Origin: Patescibacteria group bacterium
GTDB lineage: Bacteria > Patescibacteriota > Patescibacteriia > UBA9570 > JAHJKD01
Assembly: GCA_041660885.1 (NCBI GenBank)
Contig: JBAZVM010000008.1
Coordinates: 7,537-71,536, forward strand
DNA length: 64,000 bases
Direction of reading: 5' to 3'
Shown piece by piece: positions 36,401 through 43,518 of the stretch (position 1 is the first letter of the stretch; each line of letters begins with the position of its first letter). The notes under the pieces are model-generated. The model was not told where the DNA came from. It saw only the letters and a list, made by a program, of their open reading frames with translations, and did not search any database. Position numbers and translations under genes: made by a program.

Positions 36401-39400
36401 TCCGTCTACATTTACAGATCCTGTCGCGCCGATAGTAATATCGGAAGTCGTGGCTATATCTATTTTATACGTTTCTAAAGTACTATTTTTTGAATGAGAA
36501 AGAACACCGTTTACTTCTAAACTGGTAAGAATTGCCCCGCCTGTTTTCGCCGTGTTGGCGTATAAATATGAACCGGCCGGGATCACAACTGCTCCATTGG
36601 TAACACCGCTTAATACACCGCTATTATCTGTGATGTTTCCGCCGGTCCAATTCAATGTTCCGCAAGTAAGGGTAACACCGGCTGATAATACAATATGCCC
36701 GTCATTAGAAATGGTGCAGGTATTATAACTATCACTAGTTACCGGTGTTTTACCCAGCCAATAATCACTGACGGTATAGTCATGGCTGTTATTATCGATT
36801 AGCAAAGTATCCGTAACCGTGGTTTCATCTTTAATATAAATCGTTCCGGCGCCGCCAAAACGCGCGCTTCCGGTATTATATCCGCCGTATGCCGTAATAG
36901 TAGAAGAAAAATTATCCGTGTCATAATAGATGGCAACACGCCCGCCGCCGCCATCAGCATAGGACGAATTAAGAGATGTCCCTCCATTGGCAGTAATGCC
37001 GCCCGCGCCTTCAATGGTATCTGCAACAAGGTATATGGAACCTCCAGACCCCGCGCCATCATGATCAACGGTCATAGCTAAACCATTGGCATAAACAGGG
37101 CCGGTGAGCGTGAGAGTTGTACCAGCAGTTAATTTTACCGCACCGCCGCCTCGGCCGTTTCGCGTAGACCAAACGCCACCACCACTGCCAATCTTTGTCG
37201 GAGTTTTAATCAATCCATTAGTTGCCCCTCCGGTGTAATAAACACCATCCCCTCCTTCACCGCCGTAAGATCCGCCGCCGCACCAGCCAGATCCTCCTCC
37301 ATTGCCGGCACCATCGCCATATCCACCGCTAAAGCCTCTACCATTAACATTTACCTCCGCGCCCGTTGCTACATTTATGGCGCCGCTGGTGGTGTAATCA
37401 ATTTTATATGATTCAACGTTTGTATTGTTCCAATGAGACAATACCTCGTTAATGGTTAAACTAGTAACACTGCGCGCGGTATTGGCGTATAAATAAGAAT
37501 CATCTGGCACTACTACGGCGCCGGAGGTTACGGTAGAAAGGCTGCCTCCGTTATCAGAAATATTTCCTCCAGTCCAAGTTAAAGTTGTGTAATTAATGGT
37601 CAACCCTGAAACAAGATCAAGATGGCCGTCGTTTGCAATGGTTACTGTTTCAAAAGTATATGGAGAAATATCTGTCGGCAATGGCGTTTTTCCGTAATAA
37701 CGCGTATCTGAAGTATAATCATGGCTATTATTTTTAATAGTTAAAATTCCATCATCATCAGGATTGTCGTGTTCTTCAACATAAATAGTTCCGGCGCCGC
37801 CAAAACGCGCGCTTCCGGTATTATACCCGCCGTATACCGTGGGCGTACCGGAATAAGTAGTGCTATCATAATAAATGGCAATGCGGCCGCCTCCGCCACC
37901 GGCATAGTTAGAATTAAGAGCTGTACCACCATTAGCTGTAATGCCACCCGCGCCGGCCATTGATGCTGTGTCAATATAAACTGAGCCTCCCGAACCACCG
38001 CCATTGTGGTCGACTGTGACAGTATATCCATCCGCATAAATTGAACCTGTCACCGTGAGTGCTGTACCGACGGTTAATCTGATTGAACCGCCGCCGGCAT
38101 TATCAAAACGATCAACCGCCCAGTACCCGCCGCCGCTGCCGAGATCATCCGGTTCATAGATTGATCCATAAGTAGTGCCTCCAGCATAGTAAACACCGTC
38201 TCCTCCTTCACCGCCGTAAGAACCGCCGCCACAGTATCCGGATCCTCCGCCGCTGCCTGCATGCTGGTTGCTATCAGCGCTATATCCTCCGGCATATCCT
38301 TTGCCATTTACATTTATTTCCGCTCCGCTTTCCACGGTGACGGCACCGGTTGTAGTATAATTAATTTTATATGCTTCCGTGTTGCTATTGTTCCAATTAG
38401 ACATAATCCCATTAACCGTTAAGCTGGTAACGCTCCGTGTAGTATTCGCGTAATAATAAGAACCAGACGGTACTACAACAGCGCCGGTAGACAAGGTATT
38501 AATAACACCTCCTCCGTTATCAGCAATATTTCCGCCTGTCCAAGTTAAGCCTCCATCTGTTAAAGTTATATCTGTATCCGAGTTTAAATCTAGATGGCCG
38601 TCATTAGAAACAGTAAGATAATCCAAAGTTAAATCTAAATGCGTACCGCTTGGGGTAAGGGGTGTTTTTCCATACGATCCAGAATATCTAGTGTAATCGT
38701 GACTGTTATTATTAATAGTTAAAGTTCCATCATCACTAGCGTCGTCATGATCTTTCGTGTAAACAGTACCAGATCCGCCAAAACGTATACTTGAAGAATT
38801 ATACCCTCCATATGCCGTGGGAGTAATGGAATTTGTGTCGTTGTAATAAATGGCAATGCGTCCGCCGCCGCCATCAGCATAGTTCGTATGTTTTGATGTT
38901 CCTCCATTGGCTGTAATGCTTCCCGCGCCGGCAAGAGTAGCAACATCAAGATAAACGGAACCGCCGGATCCTGCGGCATTATGGTCTGCGGAAACGGCGT
39001 TACCATTCGCGGAAATTGAACCGGACACTGTCAGTGTTCCGGCAACATTTAATTTTACAGCGCCGCCGCCGCTATTGGTGCGATCAATCGCCCAGTACCC
39101 GCCGCCACTGCCGAGATCATCAGGTGATGTGATTGATCCATAAACATTTCCTCCGGCATAATAAATTCCTTCTCCGCCCTCACCGCCGTAAGATCCGCCG
39201 CCGCAATATCCAGACCCGCCTCCACTGCCAGCACCTGTACCGTATCCTCCGGCGTATCCTTTATTATTTACATTAATAGATCCAATAATATCAGAGTCTC
39301 CGGTTTGTACATCTATATTTACCGTTGCAACAACTCCCTGTGCTCCTGCTGTATGAGTAATTGTTCCGTTTGACTCTACTGTTAAATCACCCGAGTCTAT

Positions 39401-40654
39401 AATTAATGCACCATCTGTAAGCGCGTCGTAATCGAAATTGAGCGTTGAGGCGTTCGTTCCGCCCACAACCAAAGAATTAATAGTGGTATCGCGAGAAACT
39501 AGGGTTGAAGTTTCCGTGCCGCTAGCGGAATTATAAATATTTGCAATTTCCGTTTTTGCCAAAGATTTATTATAAATACGAATATCATCCATGGTTCCGT
39601 CAGTATAATTTCCTAAAGAACCGGAACAACTGTTATCGCTGTTTACGCCAATTAACATAGAGCAGGTGCCAAAATTTAATGTGGCGTAGCTTGTTCCGGT
39701 GGTAGCATCAACAGTGCCATTTTTATAAACTTTTACCGTCCCTCCTTGGCGCGTTACCGCTAGATGAGTCCATTCTCCAGCGGAGACAGCAGTGGTAGAA
39801 GTCATGATTGAAGTATTATCTAACATTACAACCACTTTTCCGCTGCCATTTATGTATACATAAAATTCATCTACCCACCATTCACCGCTGTTCCCGGCTC
39901 TAAAAAGCATTTCATCGGTAGCCGCGTCTAAATATACCCAAGTGGCATAAGTAAAATCACCGGTTGGTATGGCATAAGTAGAATCAACGGTAATATAATC
40001 ACTGCTTCCATTAAAAGTTAAACCGTCGTTTATTTTGGCGGCTGTGCTAAGAGAGCTAGTGTTTTGCTGTGCAGTTCCATTTTTTGCGGCAATGGCTTCT
40101 ACCACCGTAGTATTAGCCGCGTCATCATTCATTAAAAAGTGAGCCGTGGGGGTTGTTTCAGCCAAACCGATGTTGACGCTAGCAGAGGCCGCGTCTATTT
40201 CCACATCGTCCGCGTCTGTGGGCACGGCATCGCCGGACCAATTCAGAGGATCGCTCCAAGAAGAGCCGTCTCCTCCGCCATCCCATGTTACGCCTGCAGC
40301 CTGCGCTTCTTTAGTAAGCCAAGGAGTTCTATAAAAAGCTACGGCAGAAAGATCTACGATGTAGATTAAAGAGATGATGCCAAGACCTAAAGCTATGGTA
40401 TAAGCGCGGAAACCTCTCTTTTTCTTTAAATGCTCATGATAAGAATGTTTATATGTGCCATTCTTATGTTGTTTGGCTTCAAAGTTAAAACTATGGTAAG
40501 GGCTTAAAAATAATAAGTAAAAAGCATGAACTACGGAGTACACGCAAATTAAAGGTAATAACAACAGTTTATAAAAGAACTTAGAAGCAGGAGTTCTTTT
40601 CTTTTTATTACTCTTTTTTATAATGTCTGAAATTCTTTTCACGAATAGAGACAT
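30485..40654 (-). CDS. Giant surface protein paralog 3 (3389 aa)
   Basis: An uninterrupted ORF. After the shared N-module comes a LamG_3-like domain (..FNGSSDYITV...GEWTHLAVT..G.VKVYKNG...DDIRIYNKSL). Five Gly/Cys-rich beta-helix units follow (GSGGGSGYCGGGSYGGEGG). The rest is an FN3-like unit, two DUF2341-like modules with LamG-like partners, cadherin-like NDAPTF modules and the shared C-domain. Confidence 0.85.
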   Translation of the reverse strand: MSLFVKRISDIIKKSNKKKRTPASKFFYKLLLLPLICVYSVVHAFYLLFLSPYHSFNFEAKQHKNGTYKHSYHEHLKKKRGFRAYTIALGLGIISLIYIVDLSAVAFYRTPWLTKEAQAAGVTWDGGGDGSSWSDPLNWSGDAVPTDADDVEIDAASASVNIGLAETTPTAHFLMNDDAANTTVVEAIAAKNGTAQQNTSSLSTAAKINDGLTFNGSSDYITVDSTYAIPTGDFTYATWVYLDAATDEMLFRAGNSGEWWVDEFYVYINGSGKVVVMLDNTSIMTSTTAVSAGEWTHLAVTRQGGTVKVYKNGTVDATTGTSYATLNFGTCSMLIGVNSDNSCSGSLGNYTDGTMDDIRIYNKSLAKTEIANIYNSASGTETSTLVSRDTTINSLVVGGTNASTLNFDYDALTDGALIIDSGDLTVESNGTITHTAGAQGVVATVNIDVQTGDSDIIGSINVNNKGYAGGYGTGAGSGGGSGYCGGGSYGGEGGEGIYYAGGNVYGSITSPDDLGSGGGYWAIDRTNSGGGAVKLNVAGTLTVSGSISANGNAVSADHNAAGSGGSVYLDVATLAGAGSITANGGTSKHTNYADGGGGRIAIYYNDTNSITPTAYGGYNSSSIRFGGSGTVYTKDHDDASDDGTLTINNNSHDYTRYSGSYGKTPLTPSGTHLDLTLDYLTVSNDGHLDLNSDTDITLTDGGLTWTGGNIADNGGGVINTLSTGAVVVPSGSYYYANTTRSVTSLTVNGIMSNWNNSNTEAYKINYTTTGAVTVESGAEINVNGKGYAGGYSADSNQHAGSGGGSGYCGGGSYGGEGGDGVYYAGGTTYGSIYEPDDLGSGGGYWAVDRFDNAGGGSIRLTVGTALTVTGSIYADGYTVTVDHNGGGSGGSVYIDTASMAGAGGITANGGTALNSNYAGGGGGRIAIYYDSTTYSGTPTVYGGYNTGSARFGGAGTIYVEEHDNPDDDGILTIKNNSHDYTSDTRYYGKTPLPTDISPYTFETVTIANDGHLDLVSGLTINYTTLTWTGGNISDNGGSLSTVTSGAVVVPDDSYLYANTARSVTSLTINEVLSHWNNTNVESYKIDYTTSGAINVATGAEVNVNGRGFSGGYGDGAGNGGGSGWCGGGSYGGEGGDGVYYTGGATNGLIKTPTKIGSGGGVWSTRNGRGGGAVKLTAGTTLTLTGPVYANGLAMTVDHDGAGSGGSIYLVADTIEGAGGITANGGTSLNSSYADGGGGRVAIYYDTDNFSSTITAYGGYNTGSARFGGAGTIYIKDETTVTDTLLIDNNSHDYTVSDYWLGKTPVTSDSYNTCTISNDGHIVLSAGVTLTCGTLNWTGGNITDNSGVLSGVTNGAVVIPAGSYLYANTAKTGGAILTSLEVNGVLSHSKNSTLETYKIDIATTSDITIGATGSVNVDGRGFNGGYGDGHGHDAGSYGSGGGYGGRGGNTSDGGDTGGATYGSATAPSNIGSGGKGEAASNYGSSGGGAIKLFAGGNMSVGGAMSANGGTDYSGWDWAWGGGSGGSIWLDATGALSGSSNLSANGSNARMGNAGAGGGGRIYAIAGTSTYLGSMSVTTATTGYAGESGTASLVQRTVPDAPAISNPLDNSYNNSLTPVITSSTYSDNGLGQDSSDWKIVASTDTCDDAAIWESEHDAVNLTSITVGTSLSYNTTYKACVRYTNSAGDSDWDYITITTEYNYPSSDATWHFNEAVVGDNYDYNDTYAELDASGNSLARLKDQGAGVYKGAPLLDYPKRKTMMVSNTTASELTNYQVKFDVLYDADMQADFDDIRFTSSDGTTLLDYWIETKTDSTSATIWLEVPTIPASSFATIYMYYGYASAAAYSDISNTFVFGDDFDDGSIDLALWQSGTGFTESSGYLNGGNTDYQLKSVGTFTGNYILETRHYVTTEASNGHMIGGWWGSASNGYNLLFHPTNLPHSWNDGAYTRADWTYMTNWIRVKMTAIGTGSTIYMYNEGTTSAQTITNNNGGLSAEYIMLGERPDGYASQSYTANWDWIFVRKYAATEPTTAWVGEASANAALADWNYRQSYSIVNNTASELTNYQVKITLPYDSDMQADFDDIRFTSSDGTTLLDYWLDNKTDSSLAYFWVEVPTIPASSTATFYLYYGNNTATSLSSVADTFIREISGNTSSLLMEEGSGTSLVDQSGSSHSGTLAGIPAWQTAANCHSGTCIAFDGSDDNIDMGSWLDYQTFSISLWVRPGATQNTYADIFDNNHDASHNFVMQQDGGTTNRYGFNGITGTFDLTASNWQHIVAIKDTTGSWVYVNGSLVGSGGASTISFSGQYLRFGRWGGGGRWWTGRMDEINVYTGMLTADERADLYQNTSYSTSSYPGKTLIREYAFPEPTLIPDETETSRFFSEITVSPSLAGTHPTFGTLLGLSATDGNMEGLVVYNISNDGTNWYYHDGTSWEAVTSIASQYNTIAEVNAYLPTFATDVGTGDFYFKAFLISDTTEEVELDSITLEYDATANAPTLTMSDSTRTPAMSGSAYSGYGEHQSSDWTISTSNSCVSNIVWSKDNDAVNKTSITANSTNGTFSGALAGKTRLTANTSYYACVRYASPGGDSDWSTPVNFTSAANNVPSTPTNSLPTNGATDQSKNATLTASAFSDSDSDPHTYSDWYVYESSDCSGSAIWSAVDTATNLASIDIDGTDGSFLDSHLGKTNLKGHTQYSFKVRYSDDQTSGDSSYSSCTNFTTLNTSPALDSSIPTQNLTEDVNTPNAFDLDTYFSDADWNDNDLYTCTATNDLSAALGTMTINGDQTIDFTLLANATGTDTIQFSCEDLGSASTASNSITVNVANVNDAPTFAGSPTVAAWNEDTDKNLAFDLDTYFTDIDPGDSCTYTVPTDPANITVNIDGDNEVSFSPDANYNGSQTVKFRCTDVGLATVDSGDISLTVNPVNDTPIANAGSNQNVNEDAATVTLDGSGSSDVDTGDVITYQWVETLDASDACSLTGSTTINPSVAIINKSSNYACRYSLEVNDGTVTSAADDMLIEVAADNDAPSFVSIDEKTIGTGSHLTFSVGANDVDTSSLTLSALDTTNDYSNIGVDIATLFTDNGNNTGTFAWTPTLDQAGTYTTTFQASDSDNNVTQVLNITVIETNIAPMFAGSLDNVSFIAGTTTPVVFDLDDYFSDPNGDLLTYSVAGNQDVTANINDNGEVTFTADASYEGSEDMRFIAADPDGATAESNEMIVSVTAAEDGNTEDQEVNYCTGTNRGRGIVNLYTEDNVLITTFQAFPVGGVIPRLAEIKNHMYVFAVKKRAGSSIRAYDIDGNFITAKRLSPKLHWRKMSVGNLNTTKNTEEIVVASKRGASIYLKVYSFNTDDNKFHLQKRSMFRYVRQDYRLQIENKNVIIVLNDKGKEVFRWTPFE
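31870..33290. repeat. Long inter-paralog repeat, copy B (partner 22380-23800)
   Basis: See copy A. For example, 33191-33290 matches 23701-23800 with only scattered substitutions. Confidence 0.8.
35880..39500. repeat. Internal tandem array of ~0.95-kb Gly-rich beta-helix units in paralog 3
   Basis: Antisense pseudo-ORFs with similar sequences recur at 36799, 37741 and 38719, a spacing of 942-978 nt. The protein blocks repeat five times. Boundaries are approximate. Confidence 0.6.
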
Positions 40655-40696
40655 GAAATTATTAAAATATATGAAATAACAAAAAACTTATTAATT

Positions 40697-40705
40697 ATTA
40701 TAACA
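40697..40705 (-). promoter_or_regulatory. Extended -10 promoter TGTTATAAT for giant paralog 3
   Basis: The minus strand reads tatgTTATAATaatta, about 42 nt upstream of ATG 40654 and just downstream of the ligA stop. Confidence 0.45.
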
Positions 40706-40719
40706 TAATATATAATTTC

Positions 40720-42702
40720 TTACAAAATACTAATAAATTCTTTTTCTGAAAGGATTTTTATGTTAATTTTCTTTGCTTTCGTATATTTAGAGCCAGGTTC
40801 CTCCCCCGCAATTACATAATCGGTCTGTTTAGAAACTGAGGAGGAAATATTTCCGCCGGCTTGCCTGATTTTTTCTTTGGCTTCATCGCGCGTCATGGTT
40901 TTTAAAGTGCCGGTTAAGACGAATGTGTTGCCGGTTATCGATTTATTGGCGGAGACGCGATAAATCGCGTCTCTACGGATACACACCCCATTTTGCAATA
41001 ATTTTTTTATTAAATCCTTATTTTTCTTATCTTGAAAAAAATCATACACGCTTTTGGCCATCACTTCTCCCACTTCGTGAATTTTATTAAGTTCTTCTTG
41101 GGAAGCGTTTATTAATTTGGAAAGCGAACCAAACTGGCCAGCCAAGTCATAAGCGGTTTCTTCACCCACATGGCGTATGCCCAAAGCGTAAATGAATTTA
41201 GCAAAAGAAACCTCTTTAGCTTTGGCAATACTCTTAATTAGATTGTCCGCGGATTTTTCCGCGAATCGTTCCAACAGCTGCAGATCTTCTTTTCTTAGAG
41301 AAAAAATATCAGCCGCGTCCGCGATCAATCCTTCTTCCAGCAGCTGATCTATAATTTTCGGGCCAAGGCCGTCGATATCAAAGGCTTTTTTAGAAACAAA
41401 ATGATAAAGCTTTTCTTTTTCTTGCGCAAAGCATTGCTTGTTGGAACAATAATGCGCCACTTCGCCTTCGCGGCGCAGAACTTTGGAACCGCATGCCGGG
41501 CAAGTCTTGGGAAAAATAAAAGCCTTGGCATTATTCGGCCGCAAATTTTTTAGCACTTTAACAATATCGGGGATAATATCTCCGGCCTTCTGGATGATTA
41601 CCGTGTCCCCTACGCGCACATCCAGCCTTTTTATTTCATCTTCATTATGCAAAGTAGCACGGGCGACTGTTGTTCCGGCCACAGATACCGGTTTTAAATG
41701 CGCTACGGGTGTCAGCGCGCCCGTGCGGCCTACTTGTACTTGAATATCCTCCACAATAGTCGTTGCTTGCTCGGCCGGATATTTATAGGCGATTCCTCCT
41801 CTAGGCGCTTTACCGGCCACTCCCAACTTTTTAAACAACGCAATATCATTTACGTTAATCACCGTGCCATCGGACCAGTAATTAAATTTTTTGCGTATCT
41901 TACCGATTTTTTCGTAATATTTTTCTACTTCGTTTAAATCACGGCAATGAGCGTTATGCTCGTTGCTTCTAAACCCCAAGCGCGTTAATTCTTGATGCAC
42001 TTGTTCGTGCGTGGCAAGCCCGATATCGGAAGCAATATCATAAGCCATAAAATCCAGCTTGCGCGAGGCGGGAATTTTTGGGTCCAACTGGCGGATAGAG
42101 CCGGCCGCGATATTGCGCGGGTTCGCGTATTTGCCTTCTTCTCGCTTATTCAAAGCCTCAAAATTTTTCTTGCTCATATACACTTCCCCACGCACCTCTA
42201 TTTTTTTTGGGAAAGGTTCGTTTAATTTTAATGGAATGGAATTAATTGTCTTTAAATTAGAAGTGACGTCTTCTCCGATTTTTCCGTCCCCTCTTGTGGA
42301 ACCTTGCGTTAATAAACCGTTTTCGTAAATTAAATTAACAGCCAAGCCGTCCATTTTTATTTCCGCGTAATAATCAAATTTATCCTGCGGCGCCAACTTT
42401 TTTATTCTTTTTTCCCAATCCTGAAGTTCATCAAAGCTAAAGCAATCCACCAGCGAAAGCATGGGTTTGCTATGAGCGACTTTATGAAAAGCGGCCAGCG
42501 CTTTTCCCGCCACCCTTTGCGTGGGTGAATCCGGCGTAATTAAAACGGGCCACTCCTGCTCCAATATAAAAAGCTCGCGCTTTAGCGAATCTAAAGCCGC
42601 GTCGGATATTTCTTGCTTATCCAAAACATGATACTGATAACGGTAATGGTTTATCTCTTTTTTTAATTTTTCTATTCTGGCCTTAGCTTCAGATTTATTC
42701 AT
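40720..42702 (-). CDS. ligA: NAD-dependent DNA ligase
   Basis: 660 aa. Adenylation motif KMDGLA, an OB fold, a Zn finger CPACGSKVLRREGEVAHYCSNKQC, HhH repeats and a C-terminal BRCT (FVLTGTL...R.EAKEKI...GG.ISSSVSKQTDYVIAGE.PGSK..KA). Confidence 0.95.
   Translation of the reverse strand: MNKSEAKARIEKLKKEINHYRYQYHVLDKQEISDAALDSLKRELFILEQEWPVLITPDSPTQRVAGKALAAFHKVAHSKPMLSLVDCFSFDELQDWEKRIKKLAPQDKFDYYAEIKMDGLAVNLIYENGLLTQGSTRGDGKIGEDVTSNLKTINSIPLKLNEPFPKKIEVRGEVYMSKKNFEALNKREEGKYANPRNIAAGSIRQLDPKIPASRKLDFMAYDIASDIGLATHEQVHQELTRLGFRSNEHNAHCRDLNEVEKYYEKIGKIRKKFNYWSDGTVINVNDIALFKKLGVAGKAPRGGIAYKYPAEQATTIVEDIQVQVGRTGALTPVAHLKPVSVAGTTVARATLHNEDEIKRLDVRVGDTVIIQKAGDIIPDIVKVLKNLRPNNAKAFIFPKTCPACGSKVLRREGEVAHYCSNKQCFAQEKEKLYHFVSKKAFDIDGLGPKIIDQLLEEGLIADAADIFSLRKEDLQLLERFAEKSADNLIKSIAKAKEVSFAKFIYALGIRHVGEETAYDLAGQFGSLSKLINASQEELNKIHEVGEVMAKSVYDFFQDKKNKDLIKKLLQNGVCIRRDAIYRVSANKSITGNTFVLTGTLKTMTRDEAKEKIRQAGGNISSSVSKQTDYVIAGEEPGSKYTKAKKINIKILSEKEFISIL
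40952..40973. repeat. GC-rich inverted repeat (10-bp arms, 2-nt centre) inside ligA
   Basis: GAGACGCGAT-aa-ATCGCGTCTC. It encodes ..RRDAIYRVS.. in the linker between the HhH and BRCT domains. Confidence 0.85.
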
Positions 42703-42705
42703 ATA

Positions 42706-43518
42706 TTACTTGTTAAGGCTCTGCTCAGAGAATAAAACATAATCGCCAATTCCGGATAATGGAGGTTTCCAAATGGTATCCGCTCGCAGTTTAATGGAGG
42801 TTTTACCGCTTACGCCTTCCGATTCTATCGTAATATAATTTGGTAAAGGGTAATTAATATATCCCTCAGCCGATAAATGCATCTCCACATCATTTAAATC
42901 GCAACCCAAAGATTTTAATCTGACAATATGGCTCATATCTTCAAGCAGAGCATAATCATAAGGCGAGCCAGAAGGCAGAGTAACTATAAAATCTTCTGGA
43001 GAAATAATAGATGGTGCGGCCGTGCCTTTGGTAAATGATTTTACCCCGAATTCGGCGGCTTGTACCGAACACCCTGAGGTAGTCCACGACATGAAAATGG
43101 TACCGGGGCCTGTTGGCATTATGGAACTGCCATCTTCCTCGTTAAATAAATCTATTTGCTTGCTTTGGCCTTTTTTTAAATCAAAAGTAAGAGTATCCAC
43201 TTTATCGTTGTCGGCATCAACGCTGTAGGAAGATTCCGCGTTGGTAAGCGTGCCGCTGAATACATCCACTTCTGTGAGAGTGTCCTCCATACCCGCGCTT
43301 TTATCTTGTTTATTTGCTTTTATTTCATATAAGCTTTTTTCCAAACCGGTTTCCGCGGCCGAATAAGCGTTGATCATGTTGCTGAAATTATCGCTCATGC
43401 GCACGCTAATCAAAACTACGAAAGACAATGTCAAAGCTATGGCGCTCGCGCCCATCATTAATACGGTAGCGTATAGTATTATCGATCCTTTTTGATTTTT
43501 TTTACGTTTATCTTTCAT
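42706..43518 (-). CDS. PilX-like pilus-associated protein (N-terminal anchor, no prepilin cleavage motif)
   Basis: 270 aa. MKDKRKKNQKGSIILYATVLMMGASAIALTLSFVVL resembles the PilX N-terminal domain. It is the last gene of the minor-pilin block and overlaps the upstream gene by 11 nt. Confidence 0.5.
   Translation of the reverse strand: MKDKRKKNQKGSIILYATVLMMGASAIALTLSFVVLISVRMSDNFSNMINAYSAAETGLEKSLYEIKANKQDKSAGMEDTLTEVDVFSGTLTNAESSYSVDADNDKVDTLTFDLKKGQSKQIDLFNEEDGSSIMPTGPGTIFMSWTTSGCSVQAAEFGVKSFTKGTAAPSIISPEDFIVTLPSGSPYDYALLEDMSHIVRLKSLGCDLNDVEMHLSAEGYINYPLPNYITIESEGVSGKTSIKLRADTIWKPPLSGIGDYVLFSEQSLNK

Noticed and set aside
16717-40369. Dozens of 60-130-aa ORFs antisense or out of frame within the giant genes (for example 29455-29735, 36064-36375, 37741-38037, 38719-39006)
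   Set aside because: They are Pro/Arg/Ala-rich mirror images of Gly/Thr-rich coding repeats, lie fully inside long intact ORFs, and recur with the repeat period. They are artefacts.
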